Shown: piece after piece, positions 19,794-28,709 of the stretch
Numbering within the stretch: position 1 is the stretch's first letter
Layout of the letters: each line of letters starts with the position of its first letter
Assembly: GCA_017453325.1 (NCBI GenBank)
Contig: JAFTKK010000040.1
Coordinates: 11,022 to 75,021 of the forward strand
Source of the DNA: Clostridia bacterium
GTDB taxonomy: Bacteria; Bacillota; Clostridia; Oscillospirales; CAG-272
Length of the DNA stretch: 64,000 nucleotides
Reading direction: 5' to 3'
The notes under the pieces: generated by a model
What the model was told of the DNA's origin: nothing
Database searches by the model: none
The model's input: only the letters and a program-made list of their open reading frames with translations
Position numbers and translations under genes: made by a program

Positions 19794-19794
19794 A

Positions 19795-20634
19795 TCAAAG
19801 CGCCTTTCCTGCCGCACCCACCAGCTCGATCTTATCCACGGCGAGTGCCTTGACCGCAGCTACGGCATTTTTCATAAAGAGATCCACGGCAATGCTGCGC
19901 TTGGGATCATCAAGAGCCGCCTTCGTGCCGTCGGCAAAGGCGCAGCACACATCGGTGCCGATGTTCATTTTGCGAATGCCCGCCGCAATGGCGGCTTTCA
20001 CCTGCTCATCGGGGATACCGGAGCCGCCGTGCAGCACCAGCGGCACGCCGCAAGCCTCGCGAATAGCCTTGATGCGCTCGATATCGAGCTTCGGGGGCTT
20101 TTTGTAATGACCGTGCGCGTTACCCACCAGCACAGCAAGGCAGGTGACGCCCGTTGCCTTTACAAAGGCGGCAGCCTCCTCGGGGGTGGTGAACTCCTCC
20201 ATAGCATCGTCGTTGACGCTGCCCACGTGGCCGATCTCACCCTCTACACCAATGCCGATGGCGGCACAGGTATCTACGATATGCTTGGTCATTTCCACAT
20301 TCTTTTCAAAGCCGTGCACAGAGCCATCCAGCATGATGCCGCTGCAGCCCCAGCGAAGCGCACGGGTAACCTCCCACTCGGAGGGGCCGTGGTCAAGGTG
20401 GAAGCAGATCGGCACCGAGGCACGGTGTGCAGCCGCCACCACGGCGGGGCAGATATAAAAGCCTACCTCCTCATTGAGCAGGCGAGGATAGACCTGAATG
20501 ATGACGGGGGCGCGCTTTTCCTCGGCGGCAGCAACGATACCCATCACGGTTTCGGTATTGTAAACGTTAAATGCGGGAATGCAGTAATTCCCTGCCTCGG
20601 CCATGCCGATGATGGTTTGCAGATCAACTAACAT
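19795..20634 (-). CDS. Class II ketose-bisphosphate aldolase
   Basis: PAFNV, HLDHG, MLDGS, EGEIGHVG, GNAHG.Y, VLHGGSG, KMNIGT. Confidence 0.9.
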   Translation of the reverse strand: MLVDLQTIIGMAEAGNYCIPAFNVYNTETVMGIVAAAEEKRAPVIIQVYPRLLNEEVGFYICPAVVAAAHRASVPICFHLDHGPSEWEVTRALRWGCSGIMLDGSVHGFEKNVEMTKHIVDTCAAIGIGVEGEIGHVGSVNDDAMEEFTTPEEAAAFVKATGVTCLAVLVGNAHGHYKKPPKLDIERIKAIREACGVPLVLHGGSGIPDEQVKAAIAAGIRKMNIGTDVCCAFADGTKAALDDPKRSIAVDLFMKNAVAAVKALAVDKIELVGAAGKAL

Positions 20635-20638
20635 TGTC

Positions 20639-21733
20639 TTACACCTCCGCGGCAAGGATGAGCTCCTCAAGCGAGAGGATCTCAACGTCGTTTTGCTCAA
20701 CGGACTTCAGAGCCACATACTCGGAAACCGAGGCGGTGACCATCACCTTTGCGCCAATGCTCTTGGCGTTAAAGATGCGGCGTGCAGCAACCTTTTTGAT
20801 CACATCGGGCATATACTGCGCCATGAGAATGTTGCCTGCCCAAACGGTTTCGGCGCGGTTAAGAAGCATTTCCTCAAGGGTGGCATAGGCGCGAATGACC
20901 TCGCGTGCCTCCTCGGTCTCACCGAGATCGCGGGCGAGCTGGAAAGGATCCTGATAGACCACGGTCTTGCCGCCGGCAACGGGGGTGAGCTTGCCCGCCT
21001 TCAGGAGGTCGGCAAGATACGCCGTGAAGGTAACGACCTTGGCGCTGACCTCAACGCCGTATTCGCGATAAAGCTGCTTGACGGTCTTGGCATCGGCAGG
21101 ATCAAATACGACGACGGTACCGTAGGCGTTCATCACCTCGGATGCAGCCTTCATCTGCGCCTTGGTCTCCTCGGCTGCGCCGATCAAGAAGTCAAGCTGT
21201 GCGCCGCTAGCGGGCTCGTCGGCGAGCACCGAGAAGCTAACGCCTGCTTTTTCGAGCACGCGAATGGCATTGTAGCCGCTGCGGCAGGCCATGTACTTGG
21301 CATCCACACCGAGAAAGAGAAGCGTATCCTCCTTTTTCGCATGTGCGGCAATGGCGGCCGCGAGCGTTTCGCAGGTCACGGTCTTGCCGTAGGCGTTGCC
21401 GGTCTCCAGGCAGTTGTCAAGCAGGGTGTTGATATAGGCGGGAAGCTTGCCGTCAAGGGCAGCGGCCAACCGCGTTTCCTTGGTGAACATGACGGGATCC
21501 CAGCCCGTGGAGCAATCGTGCACGCAGGCACCGCAGCCCGCACACTCGTAAATATTATCCATGATCTCGTCAAGCGCGATGGCACCGCGATTGACCAGAG
21601 AAATACCCAGCGCGCGTGCACGGGGCGTGCTTCTCTCGTGACCCGTTGCGTTACCGATGGGGCAGATGTGGTGACACATCCAGCAAAAACGGCAGGAATC
21701 AACGTGTTGCTTAGATTTTTCAGACATCATCAT
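20639..21733 (-). CDS. (Fe-S)-binding oxidoreductase subunit, GlpC/GlcF-like with degenerate CCG domains
   Basis: CRFCWMCHHICP and CAGCGACVHDC ferredoxin motifs; degenerate EPASG, YQDPFQLAR. Confidence 0.8.
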   Translation of the reverse strand: MMMSEKSKQHVDSCRFCWMCHHICPIGNATGHERSTPRARALGISLVNRGAIALDEIMDNIYECAGCGACVHDCSTGWDPVMFTKETRLAAALDGKLPAYINTLLDNCLETGNAYGKTVTCETLAAAIAAHAKKEDTLLFLGVDAKYMACRSGYNAIRVLEKAGVSFSVLADEPASGAQLDFLIGAAEETKAQMKAASEVMNAYGTVVVFDPADAKTVKQLYREYGVEVSAKVVTFTAYLADLLKAGKLTPVAGGKTVVYQDPFQLARDLGETEEAREVIRAYATLEEMLLNRAETVWAGNILMAQYMPDVIKKVAARRIFNAKSIGAKVMVTASVSEYVALKSVEQNDVEILSLEELILAAEV

Positions 21734-21750
21734 TGTATGTACCTCCCCTC

Positions 21751-23187
21751 TCAAAGACCCAACTTAAAGGGATTCATAATGCCGTTGGGGTCAAGCTGCT
21801 TTTTCAGACCCTCAAAGACCTGCATAGCAGGACCGTATTGCTCCTTCATTAGGCGGCCGAGCTTGATGCCGACACCGTGGTGATCGTTTACGACACCGCC
21901 GTGTGCAAGTGCGGCACGCACGCCACAGCTCCAAACGGCCTGGTGCAGACGAAGCGCCTCAACGGGATCCTTCGGCACATCCTTGCCGTCGATGATGAAG
22001 CGGTCATAGAGCATGGCGCCCCACTCATACCAATGCGAGAAGTGCGCGATGAACTTGGCCTGCGGGTAATTGGATTCGATGGCCTTTTTCATGGCCCAGT
22101 AAATTTCCTCGATCTTGCCGTAGGGGGCAATCGTATCCATGGTGCCGAACATCTGCGGGATATCCATCATGTGACCGGGATAGAAGAAGGTGATCTTCTC
22201 CTTCCACCACTTTTCGCCGTATTCGCTGCCAAGATCCTCTGCACCGTATTTGGCAAAGGTATCAAGCAGGATCTTTTCCTCCACGGCAACCAGATCAGAG
22301 CAGCCCTCGATGGCCACGTTCATAAACGCGCCCTTGCGCTCAACGCCCACGATCTTTTTAATAAGAGACGCGGTCTCGGCCTCGTCGTAAAGACGCATGA
22401 CGGAGGGCTTGAACTTCTGCAAAAGCTCGCGGCTGGCCTTGAAGGCACCGCTCATATCCTGGAACAGGAAGCCGCGGAAGCGACGCTCCTCGGGCTGATC
22501 GTAAATGCGCATTTGCGCCTTGGTAATGACGCCGAGCGTACCCTCGGAGCCAATGAAGATCTGGTTAAGGTCGGGGCCTGCTGCGTGCTTCGGGGCGGGC
22601 GAGGTGTTGATGATATCGCCGTTCGGGAGCACGACCTCCATACCGAGCACCATATCGTCGATCTTGCCATACTTGGTGGAGCACACGCCGATACCGCGAT
22701 GCGCAAGGAAGCCGCCGACCGTGGAGCAGGTGAGGGAGGAGGGATAGTGCATGGTAGCCTTACCGACCTCGTTGGCTGCCCACTCGATGTGCTTATAAAT
22801 GGAGCCAGTACCGCATTCGATATACATACCCTCGGTATTGACCTCGTAAATTTGGTTCATGCGCTTGGTATCGAGCAGAATACCGCCGCAGACCGGAATA
22901 GCACCGCCCTGCGTGCCGCCGCCCGCACCCCAGGTGGTGACGGGGAGCTTATAGTAATTGGCGATCTTTAAAACCTTAGAAACCTCGGCGGCATCCTTGG
23001 GGCAGACGATAAAGTCCGCCTCGGGCATACGGCAGCCGCGGTCGGCCCACATACGGGAAAGCCAATAGTAATCGACGCTGTGCGTGACCTTGTCGATCGG
23101 ACGAACCGAGCAATTCTCCGTGCCAACGGCATCCTCAAGCTCGGTCAGAATCATCGAAAACAAAAAGTCGTTCATTTGATAATTCAC
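21751..23187 (-). CDS. FAD-binding oxidoreductase, alkyl-DHAP-synthase/YgcU-like (VAO/PCMH family)
   Basis: GAGGGTQGG, HYPSS...STVGG, STKYGKIDD, AAGPDL..FIGSEGTLGVIT, AHFSHWY, HHGVG. Confidence 0.85.
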   Translation of the reverse strand: MNYQMNDFLFSMILTELEDAVGTENCSVRPIDKVTHSVDYYWLSRMWADRGCRMPEADFIVCPKDAAEVSKVLKIANYYKLPVTTWGAGGGTQGGAIPVCGGILLDTKRMNQIYEVNTEGMYIECGTGSIYKHIEWAANEVGKATMHYPSSLTCSTVGGFLAHRGIGVCSTKYGKIDDMVLGMEVVLPNGDIINTSPAPKHAAGPDLNQIFIGSEGTLGVITKAQMRIYDQPEERRFRGFLFQDMSGAFKASRELLQKFKPSVMRLYDEAETASLIKKIVGVERKGAFMNVAIEGCSDLVAVEEKILLDTFAKYGAEDLGSEYGEKWWKEKITFFYPGHMMDIPQMFGTMDTIAPYGKIEEIYWAMKKAIESNYPQAKFIAHFSHWYEWGAMLYDRFIIDGKDVPKDPVEALRLHQAVWSCGVRAALAHGGVVNDHHGVGIKLGRLMKEQYGPAMQVFEGLKKQLDPNGIMNPFKLGL

Positions 23188-23262
23188 TTTTTTCTTCTCC
23201 TTTAAATAAAGTAATCGGGATTGCTACGCCTTCATTGTACCACAACGCCGCGCCGATGAAAA

Positions 23263-23296
23263 TGTAAAAAAAGATTTCTTTTTTGTAAAAAACGAT
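23263..23296. promoter_or_regulatory. Tandem direct repeats, candidate AraC-family binding sites
   Basis: TGTAAAAAAAGAT (23263-23275) and TGTAAAAAACGAT (23284-23296), 21-bp period, next to the weak -35 of the minus-strand promoter (TGgTACAAT -10). Confidence 0.55.
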
Positions 23297-23347
23297 ACAA
23301 AATGCAGATTTTATGTTATAATGAAAAAAACGCATGGGAGGCACACT

Positions 23348-24181
23348 GTGAAAACGATATCCTTTGAAAAGCTTTACAACACCGAGTTTTATATCAGCGA
23401 GCCCATGGTGAAGCCCCAATACTGGGCAGCACGCGGCAACGTTTTTAACGCCCTCGGCAAGCCCAAGATCTCACACACGCTGCTCTGGTTTAAAAACTGT
23501 GCCGGCACCGTGACACTCCCGACGGGAGAAGCCTTAGAGGTGCCGCATAATGCCTTGATCTACACGGCAAAGGGCATTGAATATGCCATCCGCTTCCAGG
23601 ACACCAACCGCGACCGCGAGGACACCGTTGTCATTCATTTTCAAATGACCGACAAAACGGGCGAGGACATTACCCCCACCCCGAGGCCCGTGGTTTGCCT
23701 GAAAAGCGTGGATGCTGCCACCGCCCTGCTGCTCGATATGCTGGCCGAGGAGTGCAAGAAAAACGTGGTATGCATCCCCGAGGTGGCGGCAGGCATATAC
23801 AAGATGCTCGCCGAGATTTGTCAAAAACAAAAAAGGCGCACCACCAAAAACAAATTCGCGCGTATCCGACGCGGTATTGAGCTGCTGGAGGGAGATAACG
23901 ACCTCAGCATCGGCGAAATTGCGGCGGAATGCGGCGTCAGCGAATGCTATTTTCGCCGCCTGTTTCACCAGTACAGCGGCGAGAGCCCCATGCACTTCCG
24001 TCAACACCACCGCATTGAGCGCGCCAAGCAGCTGCTGCTCTCGGACGAGCACTATACCGTGGGAGAGGTGGCGGCAGAGCTGCATTTCCTTGACATTTAC
24101 CATTTCAGCAAGACCTTTAAAAAGTTTTGCGGCATGTCACCCAACAACTTCCTGCAAAGCGAGGGGGAGGAAAGCAATTAA
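23348..24181 (+). CDS. AraC family transcriptional regulator
   Basis: C-terminal double HTH IAAECGVSECYFRRLF...RIERAKQLL...YHFSKTFKKFCGMSP; GTG start with RBS gggagg. Confidence 0.92.
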   Translation: MKTISFEKLYNTEFYISEPMVKPQYWAARGNVFNALGKPKISHTLLWFKNCAGTVTLPTGEALEVPHNALIYTAKGIEYAIRFQDTNRDREDTVVIHFQMTDKTGEDITPTPRPVVCLKSVDAATALLLDMLAEECKKNVVCIPEVAAGIYKMLAEICQKQKRRTTKNKFARIRRGIELLEGDNDLSIGEIAAECGVSECYFRRLFHQYSGESPMHFRQHHRIERAKQLLLSDEHYTVGEVAAELHFLDIYHFSKTFKKFCGMSPNNFLQSEGEESN

Positions 24182-24196
24182 CCCCAAAACGGGCGG

Positions 24197-24246
24197 AAAA
24201 AGGGACAGTACGACCTGCGATAAAGCAGGTCGTACCGTCCCTTTTT
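24197..24246. terminator. Bidirectional terminator
   Basis: aaaaagggacagtacgacctgc-gataaa-gcaggtcgtaccgtcccttttt. Confidence 0.75.
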
Positions 24247-24262
24247 GTTTTAAAAATGCCAA

Positions 24263-26263
24263 TTATTTGAACCAAAGATACGTGGGGCGCAGATATGCCA
24301 CCCTTTCGCTCAATTCAATGCCATCCTCGGTCGCGCGCACATCGGCGGAGTACCACTGACCCTGATCGTCCATGGCAAGAATTTCGCGATACCGACGCCA
24401 TTTAGGGGGAAGATGCAGCAGAATATGCTCAGCATCATCGCTGCTCAGATTGATGAGGGTGAGCAAGCCGATGAACGCTTCGCCCTCTGTCTTTTGTGCC
24501 TCGTTCATCAAAGCAAACACGCGCGGCGCGTTTTTGACCAGCACCAGCTCATCCGCCGCCTCGGTGATCAGCTGCTGAAAGAGCTTTTGGCGGCGATAGT
24601 TCAGCAGCGACTGAGAATAATTCTTTTCGAGCGTCATTCCCATGACGATCACGGTGCCCCCCAGCTTATTGCGAAAACGCGTCAATGCGGGGCAAACGAG
24701 CTCTTTTTTAAAGGTATACGCCTCGGTGATCACCTCGGTGTGCGCATCGGTTTGCGTGAGGCGCAGCAGCTTGCCGTTGCGGCCGCTTGCGAAGAAATGC
24801 GGGATCATCATATGGCGTCCCGTGCTGGTCGGCGCGTAGCCCTCACGAATGATCTCCCTCGCGCACCCGTCGTACTTGAACGGAACGGTGGCCACATCCT
24901 CGCCCACGTCAACGCCGAGATACTCGCCGTAGCCGCGCGCGCAAAGCGCCTTAGCGGCGTCTCCGTCAAGGAAAAGAGTCTTTGAAAGGTATTCCATGAC
25001 GCGCTCGTGCGGATAATACGTAGCGGGGCGGGCATCCCAAAAGGCGATGGGGGCCTGCTCGGTGGTGTAAGGAATGCCCAGCAGGCTGACTGCCTGCGTC
25101 CAATACGGCAGCTTGCTTGTCTGATCAAGGGTATTGCAGAAGGGATCAAAGGTGATCTCCACACCCTTTAGCTCACAGCGCTTCGCAACCTGATGCAGCG
25201 CCTCGTGACGGGGGCGCTCCTTGGCATAGGCAAGGCCAAAGGCGGGATCCTCATTGGAATCGTCGAGCAGCTGCTGGGTCTGGAGCGTGCAGCCGTCAAA
25301 GCCTGCCGAATACACGGCGGCAATCATGGCCTGCATTTCCCTGCCCGAGGTGAAAAAGCGCGTGTGGGGAAAGCTATCACCCTCAAAATAATACCGATAG
25401 GGCGCTTTGATATGCTGCTTTGAGTAAATAGGATGAAAGAGCTGCGAGGGGATATCCTGCACACGCACGCCGTTATACATAGCACCGTAAAGTCTCGTGT
25501 GTGGCACGTGACGCTCCCCCGCAAAGGCCTTGGCCACGGCAGAAGCGCAGTTACCATCCTCATCGGAGGTGCCTGCCTCCATGGTGCCGATGGGGATTGC
25601 GGGATCGACCTCATCGACCGCACGGCGGATTTCGGTAGCAAGGAGCACCAGGGACTCGCGGATCAGCGCGCGCCACTCACGAAGCAGGGCAAGCCCCTCC
25701 CCGTTTTTTTGGTCGAAGATCGAGACCAGCTCCTCGCGTGTATAATAACGCCCCGTTTTCTTGGCAAAGGCATCAAGATGATATTGGCAGAAGCAGCCGT
25801 AGCCACGCGTCGAAGCGTGAATGGAAAAATCATCCTCCATAAAAATGAAGGCGGGACGGGCGATCTTGAGAAACGTGATGGCAAACTGACCGAGCCATGC
25901 GCGAAAGGCGGGATCCAGCGGGCAGGTGGAATAATACACCTCCTCTCCGTTTTGTGTAACGGTTCGCGCAAATTCCTCTTGGTTTCCGAGCTTGACGGAG
26001 CAGATAAACCACCAGCCGCACTCAATGCCAAGGGGAGCAACGCTTTCCTTGACGATCTTGAAATTCTCGGCATATTGCTCTACGTAATCCTTGGTGGGAA
26101 AGGCAGACGAGCGAAATCCCTTATTGGGAAAAGAGAGCATGAAGCGGTTGAAGCCGAACCTTTCGTGCTGCTCCACGAGCTCTGCGATGATCTGCTCGGG
26201 GGTGTGCCAGTCCCAGTCGAGCACGGCGGGGATCACGGTATCAAGCTTATCGATTTTTTTCAT
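24263..26263 (-). CDS. Hypothetical protein, possibly a glycoside-hydrolase-like TIM barrel
   Basis: ~666 aa; CPLDPAF, FMEDDF, GCFCQYHLDAF (GH42-like Cys cluster); carbohydrate-gene context. Confidence 0.55.
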   Translation of the reverse strand: MKKIDKLDTVIPAVLDWDWHTPEQIIAELVEQHERFGFNRFMLSFPNKGFRSSAFPTKDYVEQYAENFKIVKESVAPLGIECGWWFICSVKLGNQEEFARTVTQNGEEVYYSTCPLDPAFRAWLGQFAITFLKIARPAFIFMEDDFSIHASTRGYGCFCQYHLDAFAKKTGRYYTREELVSIFDQKNGEGLALLREWRALIRESLVLLATEIRRAVDEVDPAIPIGTMEAGTSDEDGNCASAVAKAFAGERHVPHTRLYGAMYNGVRVQDIPSQLFHPIYSKQHIKAPYRYYFEGDSFPHTRFFTSGREMQAMIAAVYSAGFDGCTLQTQQLLDDSNEDPAFGLAYAKERPRHEALHQVAKRCELKGVEITFDPFCNTLDQTSKLPYWTQAVSLLGIPYTTEQAPIAFWDARPATYYPHERVMEYLSKTLFLDGDAAKALCARGYGEYLGVDVGEDVATVPFKYDGCAREIIREGYAPTSTGRHMMIPHFFASGRNGKLLRLTQTDAHTEVITEAYTFKKELVCPALTRFRNKLGGTVIVMGMTLEKNYSQSLLNYRRQKLFQQLITEAADELVLVKNAPRVFALMNEAQKTEGEAFIGLLTLINLSSDDAEHILLHLPPKWRRYREILAMDDQGQWYSADVRATEDGIELSERVAYLRPTYLWFK

Positions 26264-26466
26264 TGGCCATATCCTTTCTCCGCGGTATTTACACATTTTA
26301 TCATAGCACGCACAAAACGAAAAATCTTATCTTTTCGATAACAAATATTGCAAAAAGGATACATTGCGCCATTTATACCGTTTGCAAGCGGGCTTGGAAA
26401 GAACACCTGCAGCGGCAAGCGCGTGAAAAAAAGAGCGTGCCGAAGCACGCTCTTTTCGTTTGTTTT

Positions 26467-27654
26467 TTAGATCTCGGGAATGACCACTTCGATCTCGCGA
26501 CCGAGCTCGGCGGATTTTGCGATACCGTCGATAATGGCCTGGTTGTAAAGGATCTGAGAGGAGGGAACGGGTGCGGTGCCGCCATTCTTAATCGCGTCAC
26601 AGAAGGAACGAACCTTCTTTTCGAACAGACCCATGCCACTCTTATCCTCAATGATCGGGATCACGGTCTCGGTCTGCTCACCGCAAACCTCGTGATAAAG
26701 CTTCATCGCACCGCCCACGGTGCCGTTCCAGCACTCGGTGGAGGGGATGCGCAGACCGCCCTTGGTACCGAGGATGATGGTATCACCGGGGGTATCCATA
26801 TTCATAGCCCAAGCGATGCGGAAATCAAGGATGATACCGCCCTCAAGGCGAACGAAGGCTGCGGCAAAATCGTCAACCTGGAATGCCTTGGCATACTCGG
26901 GATGGCCGATTTTTACGTAGTTGGAATAGTTCGGATCGGTGCCAAAGAAGTTGGACTTGTAGCCGCTGACCGTGAGGGGCTTGGGATAGCCGATGGCGTT
27001 GAGAACCATGTCGAGCGAGTAGCAGCCGATATCACCAAGTGCGCCGATGCCGGCAGTCTCGTCGGTGATGAAGGTGGTGCCGAACGGAGTCGGGATACCG
27101 CGACGGCGGCCGCCGCCGGTCTGGATGTAGTAGATCTGGCCGAGAACGCCGCTGTCAACGATCTTCTTGATCATCTTCATGTTCTCGTCAAGGCGGGGCT
27201 GGAAGCCGATGGACAAGATCTTGCCGCTTTCCTTCTCAGCCTTCATGACGGCAATAGCCTCGTCAAGGGTTACCGTAAAGGGCTTCTCCAGCAGCACGTG
27301 CACGCCCTTCTTGAGCGCGTAGATCGCGGGCTCTGCGTGCTGACGGTTGTAGGTGCAGATGGTAACGGCATCAAGGTTCAGGCTCTCGTCGTCGAGCAGC
27401 TCCTTGTGATCTTTATAATCGGTCTTAACGCCCTCAACACCGTATTTCTCGAAGAATGCCTTTGCCTTGCCGGGCACGAGGTCGGCACCTGCCACGATCT
27501 CAACGTCGGGCTGCTTCATAAAGGACTTGACGTGGGAGCCTGCGATCCAACCGCAGCCGATGAACGCCACGCGCAGCTTGCGGGTGGTATCGATTACAAC
27601 CTCTTCCTGAGAGTCCTTAAACGCATTCAGATCCTTATCTTCTGCAATAGCCAT
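26467..27654 (-). CDS. Gfo/Idh/MocA family oxidoreductase
   Basis: AFIGCGWIA, ICTYNRQH, LLEKP, GALGDIGCYSLD. Confidence 0.9.
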   Translation of the reverse strand: MAIAEDKDLNAFKDSQEEVVIDTTRKLRVAFIGCGWIAGSHVKSFMKQPDVEIVAGADLVPGKAKAFFEKYGVEGVKTDYKDHKELLDDESLNLDAVTICTYNRQHAEPAIYALKKGVHVLLEKPFTVTLDEAIAVMKAEKESGKILSIGFQPRLDENMKMIKKIVDSGVLGQIYYIQTGGGRRRGIPTPFGTTFITDETAGIGALGDIGCYSLDMVLNAIGYPKPLTVSGYKSNFFGTDPNYSNYVKIGHPEYAKAFQVDDFAAAFVRLEGGIILDFRIAWAMNMDTPGDTIILGTKGGLRIPSTECWNGTVGGAMKLYHEVCGEQTETVIPIIEDKSGMGLFEKKVRSFCDAIKNGGTAPVPSSQILYNQAIIDGIAKSAELGREIEVVIPEI

Positions 27655-27694
27655 GATAAAATCCTCCTAAAATTTTTTATTTGTTCGGCAACAC

Positions 27695-28510
27695 TCAGTT
27701 ACCAATGGATTTCAGATAATTTCTGCTCTTTTCGATGCACTCGAGGGGCGTAAGACCCATAGAGGGCTTATCCTGCTCGACAACGACCCACTCGGCACCC
27801 GCATCCTTGGCGGCGGCGAGAATAGCGGGGAAATCCTGCAGGCCGGAGCCAACGGGACGGAACTCAAAGTTGCCGGGGCGCGTGGGCGCCTTCTTCTCAA
27901 TGCCGATGAGCTCGTACATATCGTCAGACTTTTCACCGTAGAAATCCTTGAGGTGAACAACGGGAGCGCGACCCGTGTATTTGCGGATGTAGGCTGCGGG
28001 CTCCTCGCCGCCGACGTTGACCCAGCAAACGTCAAGCTCGGTCTTCAGCAGGTCGGGGGAAACCTCATCGTACAGAACCTCAAGCGCATACTTACCGTCG
28101 ATCTTGATAAACTCAAAATCGTGGTTGTGGTAAAGCAGGGTCATGCCGAGCTTCTTGGCCACGGCGCCCAGCATTTTTACGTTTTCGATCACCGCGGCAA
28201 AGCCCTCGGTGCCGGGTCTGTCCTCCTCCACAAGGTAAGGAACGACCACGTATTTGCAGCCGATGACGGCGTACTGCGAGAGCACGGCCTCGGGTGCGGC
28301 TACCATATCGCGGTAGGGTACGTGTGCAGAGATCGGTACGAGGCCAATATCCTCACACATTTTTTTGATGTCGGCGGGATCGTTGTCGTAAAGACCTGCG
28401 AACTCAACGCCGTCATAGCCCATGTTTTTGATCTTTTGCAAGGTGCCGCGAAGATCTGCTTTTGCATCATCGCGCACGGAATAAACTTGTACTGCAACAG
28501 GCAATGCCAT
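27695..28510 (-). CDS. Sugar phosphate isomerase/epimerase (xylose-isomerase-like TIM barrel)
   Basis: QVYSVRD, GYDGVEFAG, YHNHDFEF, ELDVCW, HLKD, VVEQD. Confidence 0.88.
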   Translation of the reverse strand: MALPVAVQVYSVRDDAKADLRGTLQKIKNMGYDGVEFAGLYDNDPADIKKMCEDIGLVPISAHVPYRDMVAAPEAVLSQYAVIGCKYVVVPYLVEEDRPGTEGFAAVIENVKMLGAVAKKLGMTLLYHNHDFEFIKIDGKYALEVLYDEVSPDLLKTELDVCWVNVGGEEPAAYIRKYTGRAPVVHLKDFYGEKSDDMYELIGIEKKAPTRPGNFEFRPVGSGLQDFPAILAAAKDAGAEWVVVEQDKPSMGLTPLECIEKSRNYLKSIGN

Positions 28511-28709
28511 AGCGAAGTACCTCCCTTTTGCATGATTGTAATTCCATTATAATGTAGCTACGCGGCATTTTCAAGTCATTTCAAGGCGAAATTAGGACAA
28601 AAGTTGCTCTATTTTCGAAAAATTTACAGTTTTACACCTCTTTTTTGCTTTTTGTTTGACAAAAACGGGAAAATACTATATACTAAAATATATTTTGGGA
28701 GGGCGCATC

